Positions 40,854 to 49,353 of a stretch of DNA of 64,000 bases are shown piece by piece; the stretch's first letter is position 1; the number at the start of each line of letters is the position of its first letter. The position numbers were made by a program, and so were the translations under genes. A model generated the notes under the pieces. The model did no database searches, was not told the origin of the DNA, and saw only the letters and a list, made by a program, of their open reading frames with translations. The DNA lies in NCBI GenBank assembly GCA_016710435.1, contig JADJVV010000001.1, forward strand, positions 739,912-803,911. The letters run 5' to 3'. The DNA comes from Hyphomicrobiales bacterium (GTDB lineage: Bacteria; Pseudomonadota; Alphaproteobacteria; Rhizobiales; Aestuariivirgaceae).

Positions 40854-42479
40854 TCAGCTGCTTTCCGGCACCATGTCGATTGCCCCGCAGGGGCATTCGG
40901 CGGCGCACAGGCCGCAGCCCTTGCAATAGTCGTAGTCGATGCGGAAGCGGTTGCCCGCCCCCAGCTTGATGATGGCGTTGTCCGGGCAGACGCCATAGCA
41001 ATTGTCGCATTCGAAGCAGTTGCCGCAGGAGAGACAGCGCCGCGCCTCGTAGAGCGCGTTCGTCTCGTCAAGCCCGCCCTGCACCTCCGCAAAACTGCGC
41101 ACGCGCCGTGCCGCCTCCAGCATTGGCCGCACCGTGGGCGAGGCATCCTCGTAGTACCAGGTGTTGAGGCGCTCGGGTGACGCGAGTCCATGCTTTTCAG
41201 CCGGCACATAGGGTGCTGCGCGCAGATACCCGTCGATATGGCGCGCGGCTTTCTTGCCGTGCCCCACGGCCACGGTCACGGTGCGTTCGGAGGGCGCCAT
41301 GTCGCCACCCGCGAACACGCCGGCACAACCCGTCATCATGTCGGGACCGACCTTGACCACGCCGTTCTCGATCACCACACCCGGCGCTTTCTCCAGCAAT
41401 GACAGGTCCACGTCCTGCCCCAGCGCGAGCACCAGGCTGTCGGCATCAAGCGTTTCGTATTCGCCCGTCGGCTGCGGAAAACCCTTGTCGTCCAGTGCCA
41501 TCTTTTCGATCTGCAGGGTGCCGCCGTCGATGGTCTTGATGGTGGAGAGCCACTTCATCGAGACGCCCTCTTCCAAAGCCTCTTCCACCTCGAAGTCATG
41601 GGCCGGCATCTTCTCGCGGGTGCGGCGATAGACGATGATTGCTTCCTCGGCCCCAAGACGGCGCGCCGTTCGGGCCACATCGATGGCCGTGTTGCCGCCG
41701 CCATAGACGACGACCTTGCGGCCGAGAAGCGGCGGTGCCTCGCCTTCCATGGACCGTAGCAATTGCACCGCATCCAGCACCTTGGCGGCGCCCGCAGCGG
41801 GAATATAGGCACGCTTGGCAATATGCGCGCCGACGGCGAGGAATGCCGCATCATATCCGCCCGCGATCATCTCCTGCTCGATGTCGGCCACCTTGCTGTC
41901 GAGATGAAGCGTCACGCCCATGTTGGTAATGCGCTTTACTTCCGCGTCGATGATGTGGCGCGGCAGGCGGTACTTCGGGATCCCGAAGCGCATCATGCCA
42001 CCGGCGAGCGGCCCCGCCTCGCGCAACGTGACGCCATGGCCCATGCGCCGCAGGTGATAGGCCGCCGACAGCCCGGCAGGCCCTGCCCCCACCACCAGCA
42101 CCGTCTTGCCGCTTTCAGCCGCAGGCGGATCGAACTGCCAGTCCTTCTCGATCGCAAGATCACCCAGGAAACGTTCCACCGAATTGATGCCGACCGCCTC
42201 GTCGATGCTGGCGCGGTTGCAGGCGCCTTCGCAGGGGTGGTAGCAGACACGGCCCATGATGGCGGGCAGCGGATTGTTCAGCGTGAGGGCGCGCCAGGCC
42301 TTTTCATAGTCACCCGCCTCTGCGTGGAAGAGCCAGGCCTGAATGTCCTCGCCTGCCGGGCAGGCGGCATTGCAGGGCGGCAGGCGGTCCACGTATTCGG
42401 GCCGCACGGTGCGCCAGGAGCCCGTCAGGTTCCGCTTGCTGGTGCCCACATCGAGCGCGATCGCATAGGGATGTTTCAT
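40854..42479 (-). CDS. GltD-like FAD/NAD(P) oxidoreductase fused to a C-terminal 2x[4Fe-4S] (PorD/delta-like) domain
   Basis: CNAACPAG, GRVCYHPCEGAC, GAGPAGL, GGGNTAID; C-terminal CGNCFECDNCYGVCP and CKGCGLCAAECP. Confidence 0.88.
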   Translation of the reverse strand: MKHPYAIALDVGTSKRNLTGSWRTVRPEYVDRLPPCNAACPAGEDIQAWLFHAEAGDYEKAWRALTLNNPLPAIMGRVCYHPCEGACNRASIDEAVGINSVERFLGDLAIEKDWQFDPPAAESGKTVLVVGAGPAGLSAAYHLRRMGHGVTLREAGPLAGGMMRFGIPKYRLPRHIIDAEVKRITNMGVTLHLDSKVADIEQEMIAGGYDAAFLAVGAHIAKRAYIPAAGAAKVLDAVQLLRSMEGEAPPLLGRKVVVYGGGNTAIDVARTARRLGAEEAIIVYRRTREKMPAHDFEVEEALEEGVSMKWLSTIKTIDGGTLQIEKMALDDKGFPQPTGEYETLDADSLVLALGQDVDLSLLEKAPGVVIENGVVKVGPDMMTGCAGVFAGGDMAPSERTVTVAVGHGKKAARHIDGYLRAAPYVPAEKHGLASPERLNTWYYEDASPTVRPMLEAARRVRSFAEVQGGLDETNALYEARRCLSCGNCFECDNCYGVCPDNAIIKLGAGNRFRIDYDYCKGCGLCAAECPCGAIDMVPESS

Positions 42480-43501
42480 GACGCCGCTCCCGTCGTTGCC
42501 TGCGCCACGGCCTCGGTCAATCCGAACTCCGCGATATGACGGTCGGCAATGGCCTGGATGCGCGCCACCCGCGGGTCCGTGACACCCCCCTTGAACAGAT
42601 GGGCAAAACGGCGCTGGAGCCTGAGATACTCCGTCACCGGCTTGGGCTGCCTGATCTTGCGCACATGGGTGATGTGTCCGCCTTCCGCCTCGAAGATGGG
42701 GAACAGGCCTGTTTCAATGGCAAGCCGGGCAAGGCGGATCGTGTCATGCGAGGCCGCACCCCAACCGAGGGGGCACGGCACATTGATCTGGATGTAGCGC
42801 GCACCGCGAATGCCCATCGCCTTTGTCACCTTGGCTTCGAGATCATGCAGGTCGGCGACACTTGCGGTGGCCACATAGGGAATGTCGTGGGCAACCGCGA
42901 TCTTGGGAACAAACTTGCCCGTGCCGAAGACATTGCCGGGCTCATCGCCCAGTGTGGGCGTCGTCGCCGTGCGCGCCGCCGGCGGCGTGGCGGACGAGCG
43001 CTGCACGCCCGTGTTCATGTAGCCTTCGTTGTCATAGCAGATGTAGAGAACGTCATCGTTGCGCTCGAACATGCCGGAGAGGCAGCCGAAACCGATGTCG
43101 GTGGTGCCGCCGTCTCCGCCCTGGGCAACGACGCGCGTGCCCGCGCGCCCCGTGACGCGCATCGCCGCAGCGACGCCCGTTGCCACAGCCGCCGCATTGC
43201 CGAAGAGCGAATGCATCCACGGCATCTGCCACGACGTTTCCGGATAGGGCGTGGTGAAGACCTCCAGACAACCCGTCGCGTTGACGGCGATGAGATTGCC
43301 GCCACTCGCCCGCATGGCGGCATCAATCGCGTAGCGCGCTCCTAGCGCCTCGCCGCAGCCCTGGCAGGCGCGGTGGCCGCAGGTGAGCGAGTTGGAGCGC
43401 GACAGGCTGGCCTGAACATTGCGTTCCGTTTCGTCAATGAGGCGGTTGCCGACAGTGAGCGTACCCTTCTGGTAGAATTTGAGCTTCTGGATCTCGTTCA
43501 T
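42476..43501 (-). CDS. 2-oxoacid:acceptor oxidoreductase beta subunit (TPP-binding, PorB-like)
   Basis: GHRACQGCG, NATGCLE, GGDGGTTDIG, YDNEGYMNTG, VPCPLGW; TGATG coupling with the alpha subunit. Confidence 0.9.
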   Translation of the reverse strand: MNEIQKLKFYQKGTLTVGNRLIDETERNVQASLSRSNSLTCGHRACQGCGEALGARYAIDAAMRASGGNLIAVNATGCLEVFTTPYPETSWQMPWMHSLFGNAAAVATGVAAAMRVTGRAGTRVVAQGGDGGTTDIGFGCLSGMFERNDDVLYICYDNEGYMNTGVQRSSATPPAARTATTPTLGDEPGNVFGTGKFVPKIAVAHDIPYVATASVADLHDLEAKVTKAMGIRGARYIQINVPCPLGWGAASHDTIRLARLAIETGLFPIFEAEGGHITHVRKIRQPKPVTEYLRLQRRFAHLFKGGVTDPRVARIQAIADRHIAEFGLTEAVAQATTGAAS

Positions 43502-44808
43502 CACGATGTCTCCTTCTCCGCCGCTGCCTGGCGTTCGGCGTCGGCGCGCTGGGCCCGCTCGGCCCGCTCGCGCTCGAGAATCTTCAACACATTCTCCGCC
43601 GATGGGCCCGACCGCCGCGCCTTGCCCTTGCGATGGATTTCCCGCGCGATGACACGCTCGTTGAGGTCCATGAAATGCGGACCTTCCCACGGCTGGATCA
43701 GCGCCTGGCGGAAGACGCGGTGCAGCGATGCCTTGGTGACGGGACGGCCACCCAGCCCTGCGATCACCGCGTGCATGTGGGGCGATTGCGGCATGTCGCG
43801 CAGCGCGATGGCGATGTTGCTCGCCAATGGTCCGCCCATTCCCGGATCGAGGCTCTTGTCGATCACGATCACGTCGCGCGCCTGCGTCAGCACCTCGCGC
43901 AACGCCTTGGCCGGGAACGGCCGGAAGGTGACGAGACTGACAAGGCCGATGAGAATGCCTTCGCCCCGCATCTCATCGATGACATCCTTGATGGTGCCGT
44001 TGATCGAACCCATCGCAACGACCACCGTCTCGGCATCGTCCATGGCGTAGCTCCGCAGCAATCCCCCGGCTTCGCGCCCGAAGCGCTGCCTGAAATCGCG
44101 CGCCATCTGCTCGATCAGGCGAAACGCCGTCTGCTGCTTGTAGAATTGCAAGTAGCGCACCTCCGTGAAGGCATCGGGCCCCACCATCGCGCCGATGGAG
44201 ATCGGATCTTCCGGGTCCAGCACCTGCACCGGTTCATAAGGAGGCAGGTAGGCATCCACATCCGCTTGCGCGGGAATGTCGATCCGTTCCATGGCATGCG
44301 TGAGGATGAAGCCATCCACGCAGACCATCGTGGGCACGGACAATTCTTCCGCCAGCTTGAAGGCGATGACGTGAAGGTCGGCTGCTTCCTGGTTGTGCTC
44401 GGCAAAAAGCTGTATCCACCCCGACTCGCGGAGCGCCATGGCATCGGAGTGATCGTTCCAGATGTTGATGGGCGCGCCGATGGCACGGTTGCCCAGCGTC
44501 ATCACGATGGGAAGGCCGAGCCCCGCCGCGTTGTAGACCGCCTCCGCCATGAACAGGAGACCCTGGCTGGCCGTGGCCGTATAGGCGCGGGCTCCCGCCG
44601 CAGAGGCGCCGATCGCCACCGACAGGGCCGCGAACTCGCTTTCCACATTGATGAACTCGCAGTTCTGCACATCACCCGTGCGGACCAGTTCACCCAGTCC
44701 TTCCACGATATGCGTCTGCGGCGTGATCGGATAGGCACAGACCACCTGAGGGCGGCAGAGGCCGATCACCTTCGCCATGGCCTTGGAGCCTTCGATTTGC
44801 TCAAGCAT
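43501..44808 (-). CDS. 2-oxoacid:acceptor oxidoreductase alpha subunit (PorA-like)
   Basis: AYPITPQTHIVE, VESEFAALS, TATASQGL, WNDHSD, DGFILTH. Confidence 0.9.
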   Translation of the reverse strand: MLEQIEGSKAMAKVIGLCRPQVVCAYPITPQTHIVEGLGELVRTGDVQNCEFINVESEFAALSVAIGASAAGARAYTATASQGLLFMAEAVYNAAGLGLPIVMTLGNRAIGAPINIWNDHSDAMALRESGWIQLFAEHNQEAADLHVIAFKLAEELSVPTMVCVDGFILTHAMERIDIPAQADVDAYLPPYEPVQVLDPEDPISIGAMVGPDAFTEVRYLQFYKQQTAFRLIEQMARDFRQRFGREAGGLLRSYAMDDAETVVVAMGSINGTIKDVIDEMRGEGILIGLVSLVTFRPFPAKALREVLTQARDVIVIDKSLDPGMGGPLASNIAIALRDMPQSPHMHAVIAGLGGRPVTKASLHRVFRQALIQPWEGPHFMDLNERVIAREIHRKGKARRSGPSAENVLKILERERAERAQRADAERQAAAEKETS

Positions 44809-45403
44809 GGAGAGCCTCCCGTGCAGCGGCCGCCGGACGGCCCAAGGCTGCGGCAACAATGTCATGGGCGGCGCGGGCGGCAATCACGTTGGCCTCGCCC
44901 ACCTTGCCGGGAAACGTGCGGCGGATCGCTTCCAGCACGGACGCGAGCGAGACAAGTCCTGACATCGCGGTGAACGCACCAAGGAGCGAGGTATTGGGCG
45001 CGGGCCTGCCCACGTGGCTGAGCGCCAGTTCCGTGGCAGCGACGGTTTGCGCATGGCCTTGCGACAGCCGTGCGGCAATGGCGTCCTGATGAAGGTCCGC
45101 GAAGCTCTTGCCGGTGTTGACCAGCAAATATCCGCTCGGCGAGAGGCCCTCCAGCACATCCATGGCACGGAAAAGGGTGGCATCCTGCACGATCAGCGCA
45201 TCAGGATTCTGGATCGGTTCGCGCAGGCGGATTTCGCGATCGGAAATGCGGCAGAAGGCAACAACCGGTGCGCCCATGCGCTCGGAGCCGAAACTGGGAA
45301 AGGCCTGGGCGTGTTTGCCTTCGATGAAGGCCGCAACCGAGAGCATCTCCGCCGCCGTCACGACTCCCTGCCCGCCCCGTCCGTGAATCCGAACCTGAAA
45401 CAT
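44801..45403 (-). CDS. 2-oxoacid:acceptor oxidoreductase gamma subunit (PorC-like)
   Basis: RIHGRGGQGVVTAA, FPSFGSERMGAPV, PNTSLLGA. Confidence 0.9.
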   Translation of the reverse strand: MFQVRIHGRGGQGVVTAAEMLSVAAFIEGKHAQAFPSFGSERMGAPVVAFCRISDREIRLREPIQNPDALIVQDATLFRAMDVLEGLSPSGYLLVNTGKSFADLHQDAIAARLSQGHAQTVAATELALSHVGRPAPNTSLLGAFTAMSGLVSLASVLEAIRRTFPGKVGEANVIAARAAHDIVAAALGRPAAAAREALHA

Positions 45404-45461
45404 CAGCGTCTCCCATCGGCCGTCAACCGGGGGAGTTGTAACATCCGTCGGGTGGCGCGAC

Positions 45462-45475
45462 TTGACTCACATCAA
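45462..45475 (-). promoter_or_regulatory. FNR/FixK (CRP-FNR family) box
   Basis: TTGACTCACATCAA (minus: TTGATGTGAGTCAA), 9/10 match to TTGAT-N4-ATCAA, centred 65.5 bp upstream of the gamma-subunit ATG. Confidence 0.75.
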
Positions 45476-45512
45476 GCCGCCAGCGCGGAGCACGTGCTTT
45501 GCAGGAGGCCCG

Positions 45513-46574
45513 CTAGACTTTCTCGCGGAATTTCTCGACGTAGACGTTGATGACAAGGGCCGCCAGCAGGATGAGGCCGCGGATCAGGATTTTCTGGAAC
45601 GAATCCATCTGGATATGATCCAGTCCGTTGTTCACCACGCCAAGCACAAGGAGACCGATGATGGTATTCCCGATCCCGCCCCTTCCGCCGAACAGGCTGG
45701 TGCCGCCCACCACAACGGCGGCAATGGCATCCAGCAAGTATGTATCGAACTGGTTCTGCTGGGCCGAGCCGAAGTAGGCCACGCCCAGCATGCCGGCGAT
45801 GCCAGAGCACAACGCGCTGATGACCATGACGGAGCCGATGACCAGCTTCACGTTGACGCCCGAATATTCCGCCGCCTCGCGGTTGCCGCCCACCATGTAA
45901 ACGTAGCGCCCGAAACGCGTGTAGGTCAGCACCAGATGCCCGACGATGAAGAAGATGAGGCAAACGATGATGGTCCAGCCCACGGGAATGAACAGCGCCT
46001 TCCCAGCCGCATCGACGCCCAGCGGAATCTGGAATGCCGTCTTGGCACCAAGCAGAGTCACGAGGTCCGGATACTGGTAGGCAATCTGGCCCCGCACCAG
46101 CAGCGCCGAAACGCCATTGGCAATCTGCATGATGGCGAGCGTCATGATGAAGGACGGGATGCCGATCGATGTCATGCCGAAGGCCGTGATCAGCCCGAAG
46201 GCCAGCGCCGACATCAGCGTCAGGATGATCGCCAGTGCACCATTCAGCGGAATGTTGGCGATGTTCACGTAGTCCGGCTGTATGGTGAAATAGGCGACCG
46301 TGATGCCGACGGCATTGGCGACGGCGGCCACCGACAGATCAATCTCCGCCGTGAGAATGACGAAGGTGAGGCCAACCGCGATGATGCCCGTGATGGACAT
46401 CTGCCGGATGATGTTCACCGCGTTGTCGAGCGTGGCGAAAGTCGTGGTGGTGGAAGAGAAGAACACCACCAGCGCCACGAGGGTGAGCAGCGGCGCCAGC
46501 GTACGCAGCTTGTCGGCGATGGCCCGCTTGGGATTGAAGCTCTTGGCGGCGGCGGTATCTGTGCTCACGTTCAT
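45513..46574 (-). CDS. Sugar ABC transporter permease (CUT2)
   Basis: AEIDLSVAA, PSFIMTLA, YMVGGNREAAEYSGV, LDAIAAVVVGGTSL. Confidence 0.9.
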   Translation of the reverse strand: MNVSTDTAAAKSFNPKRAIADKLRTLAPLLTLVALVVFFSSTTTTFATLDNAVNIIRQMSITGIIAVGLTFVILTAEIDLSVAAVANAVGITVAYFTIQPDYVNIANIPLNGALAIILTLMSALAFGLITAFGMTSIGIPSFIMTLAIMQIANGVSALLVRGQIAYQYPDLVTLLGAKTAFQIPLGVDAAGKALFIPVGWTIIVCLIFFIVGHLVLTYTRFGRYVYMVGGNREAAEYSGVNVKLVIGSVMVISALCSGIAGMLGVAYFGSAQQNQFDTYLLDAIAAVVVGGTSLFGGRGGIGNTIIGLLVLGVVNNGLDHIQMDSFQKILIRGLILLAALVINVYVEKFREKV

Positions 46575-46584
46575 CTGGCCTTTC

Positions 46585-48105
46585 TCAAGCTGCCGTCAAC
46601 AGGTCGGATTTGGTGACAGTGCCCGACGTCATTTCACTCACCACGGTCCCGCGCTTCACCACATAGATCTTGTCGGCCAGCGTCAGGATGGTTTCGGGTT
46701 CCGTGGAGAGGACGAGGATCGACACACCCTTGTCGCGCAACGCCTTGATGATGCGGATCACGTCTTCCTTGGCGCCCACGTCCATGCCGCGCGTCGGCTC
46801 GGACAGGATCAGGATTTTCGGAAGGCTGGTCAGCCACTTCGCCAGGGCCACCTTTTGCTGGTTTCCGCCCGAAAGTGAACCGAGGTCGATGTCCGTCAAC
46901 GGCGGCCTGATCTGCAGGTCCTTGATCTGGTGTTGGGCCACAACGCGCTCCTGCTGCGGCTTGAGCAGGATGCGGTGAATGCGCCCCAGCATTGAGATGC
47001 TGACATTCTTGAACACGGGTTCATTGCGGAACAGCATCATGCCGCGGTTTTCGGGAACGAAGGCAAGGCCTGCCCTGCGTGCCGCGGCGGTGGATCGGAA
47101 ATGCGCTGGCTTGCCTTCCAGCGTGATGTTGCCCCGCGTGAAGGCGTGCCGCCCGAACAGCGCACGCGCGAATTCGATCAGGCCGCTTCCCATGAAGCCA
47201 TACATGCCCGTGATTTCGCCGGGGCGGAGTTCGATCGATACACCGTTCAGCGACCGGCCATCGCCCACCTCGCGCGCCACGAGAATGGGTTGCGCGTCCG
47301 GCGCACCCCGAAGAACTGCCGTTTCGCCCATGTGCATGTCGGCCGAGCCGCGCCCGATCATGTGGCCGATGATCTTGTCCTTGTCGAGATTGGCGCGCGG
47401 CTCCGTGGCAACGCGGCGGCTGTTGCGGAACACGGTGATGCGGTCGGAGATGTCGAGCACGTCATCGAGGAAATGCGAAATGAAGACCAGGCCGCGGCCT
47501 TCGGCGCGCAACTTGCGCAAGGCCGAGAAGAGGCGCGCCACTTCCGGGGGTGAGAGTGCGGACGTGGGTTCGTCCAGGATGATGGTGCGGGCGCCGGAGA
47601 ACAGCACGCGCGACAACTCGATGAGTTGCTGGACTCCGACCGGCAATGTGCTCACCCGCGTGGACGGATCGATATCCACACCAAGGCTGCCGATCAGGGC
47701 CCGCGCCTGTTGCTTCATGCCGGACCAATCGATGATGCCGCCCGCCTTCACGGGCTGCACGCCAAGAAAAACGTTCTCGGCCACCGACAGGTCGGGAACC
47801 ACCGACAATTCCTGGTGCACCATGCCGATGCCGGCGGCGATGGCATCGCGCGCGGAGCGGAATTGCACCACGCGGCCCTCGACGCGCATCTCGCCCTCGT
47901 AGCCCGTGTGCAGGCCGGCGATGATCTTCATGAGGGTTGATTTACCGGCGCCGTTCTCGCCGACGAGACCATGGATCTCGCCGGGGAAGACAGAGAAGTC
48001 CACGTTCTGCAGCGCCGTCACGCCGCCGAACGTCTTGGAGACGCCTTTCAACTCGATCAACGGCACAGACGTGCCGTTGATCGCGTCGTGTGTGGGAGGA
48101 ACCAC
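46585..48105 (-). CDS. Sugar ABC transporter ATP-binding protein (CUT2)
   Basis: [38 protein letters not shown]. Confidence 0.9.
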   Translation of the reverse strand: MVPPTHDAINGTSVPLIELKGVSKTFGGVTALQNVDFSVFPGEIHGLVGENGAGKSTLMKIIAGLHTGYEGEMRVEGRVVQFRSARDAIAAGIGMVHQELSVVPDLSVAENVFLGVQPVKAGGIIDWSGMKQQARALIGSLGVDIDPSTRVSTLPVGVQQLIELSRVLFSGARTIILDEPTSALSPPEVARLFSALRKLRAEGRGLVFISHFLDDVLDISDRITVFRNSRRVATEPRANLDKDKIIGHMIGRGSADMHMGETAVLRGAPDAQPILVAREVGDGRSLNGVSIELRPGEITGMYGFMGSGLIEFARALFGRHAFTRGNITLEGKPAHFRSTAAARRAGLAFVPENRGMMLFRNEPVFKNVSISMLGRIHRILLKPQQERVVAQHQIKDLQIRPPLTDIDLGSLSGGNQQKVALAKWLTSLPKILILSEPTRGMDVGAKEDVIRIIKALRDKGVSILVLSTEPETILTLADKIYVVKRGTVVSEMTSGTVTKSDLLTAA

Positions 48106-48119
48106 GACAGAGGCCCTGA

Positions 48120-49175
48120 TCAGATCAGGAAGTTCTTCTGCAGCCAGAGATGACCTGCAGCCGTATCCTTGGTGATGACGGGACCGTCGGCGAGGATGAA
48201 GTTCGGAATGTCCTTGCCCGCCTTCTCTCCACCAGCGACCGCAGCGACGCCTGCCGCAACAGCCCAGCCATGGATGCGGCAGGACGGGTTGCGCACCGTC
48301 GCCACCATGGTGCCGTCGAGAACGGCGTTCACCGCCGGCGGCATCGCGTCGACGCCCGCGATCAGGATGTCGGTGCGGTTCTTGGCCTTCATCACGTTAT
48401 GGGCAGCGAGCGCCATGTCGTCGTTGTGGAAGAATGCACCCTTGATGTCGGGATGCTGCGTGAGCAACGAATCCCAGATGCGCGTCACTTTCGTCACGTC
48501 CCAGTCGGCGGGTTGCTCGTCGAGCAGCTTGATCTTGCCGTTGCCGTCGATCACCTGATGGAAGCCCTTGGCGCGTCCCTGTGCGCCGGAATGGCCCAGT
48601 GCGCCTTGCGTCATCACCACATTGCCCTCGCCGCCGATGGCGTTGATGAGCGCCGCGGTCACGACCGATCCCATCATCTGGTTGTCGGGCGCGATGAAGG
48701 TGTGGAGCGCAAGCTGGCCTTCGGGCGCCATCATCGTGTCCATGGCGATGACGGGCGTGCCCGCATCGATGACGCGCTGGATCGGCTCATTGAGTGTGCC
48801 GATGCCGAACGTCTGCAGCGCCACGAAATCCCACTTCTGCGTCGCCAGGTTTTCAACCGTGGCGCGCTGCTTGGTGGCCGACAGTTCTCCGTCGAACCAT
48901 GTGATTTCCACGTTCATCAGCTTGGCCCACGCTTCCGCCGCCTGCTTGCCCTGCGCGCACCATGTGGCCTGGAGACCGGCGTTGCCCATGGCAGCCTTCA
49001 AGGGCTTGCCAGACGGCTTGAGTTCCTGCGCGATCGCGGGATCGAAGCCCGCTTCCGCCAACATGATGGCGCCAAGCGCCGCCGCTCCGCCCATTGCCTT
49101 GAAAATGTCCCGGCGCGACGCATCCTCAAAGAGTTTGCGGTCGTCCAGAATCGTTTCTTCCTTCTTGCGTGCCAT
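48120..49175 (-). CDS. Sugar ABC transporter substrate-binding protein, Tat-type leader
   Basis: SRRDIFK twin-arginine motif, ITWFDGELS, QPADWD, FFHNDDMA, AGVDAMP. Confidence 0.88.
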   Translation of the reverse strand: MARKKEETILDDRKLFEDASRRDIFKAMGGAAALGAIMLAEAGFDPAIAQELKPSGKPLKAAMGNAGLQATWCAQGKQAAEAWAKLMNVEITWFDGELSATKQRATVENLATQKWDFVALQTFGIGTLNEPIQRVIDAGTPVIAMDTMMAPEGQLALHTFIAPDNQMMGSVVTAALINAIGGEGNVVMTQGALGHSGAQGRAKGFHQVIDGNGKIKLLDEQPADWDVTKVTRIWDSLLTQHPDIKGAFFHNDDMALAAHNVMKAKNRTDILIAGVDAMPPAVNAVLDGTMVATVRNPSCRIHGWAVAAGVAAVAGGEKAGKDIPNFILADGPVITKDTAAGHLWLQKNFLI

Positions 49176-49283
49176 TTGGGTCTCCCAATCTGATGTTCGT
49201 TTACGTGAAAAGCGAATTCAGTACGTCGACCGGCAGGTATGCCTGCTCTTCAAATTGTCGTCCTCTGCGGGACGAGGTGGAAA

Positions 49284-49314
49284 TATTTGTCATACAATAG
49301 GTGAAGGCTGTCAA
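49284..49314 (-). promoter_or_regulatory. Sigma70 -35 (TTGACA, 49309-49314) with an overlapping TTGTATGACAA operator (49287-49297)
   Basis: Minus strand reads TTGACA-gccttcaccta-TTGTATGACAAATA; the operator is identical over 14 bp to 5072-5085. Confidence 0.65.
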
Positions 49315-49353
49315 GCACACTGCGCGCGTCGCATGGTGACTGATGTGATTCCT

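Noticed and set aside
40854-49175. Sugar ABC and oxidoreductase genes as a single operon
   Set aside because: The 109-bp gap carries its own FNR/FixK box; co-transcription is unproven, so they are treated as separate units
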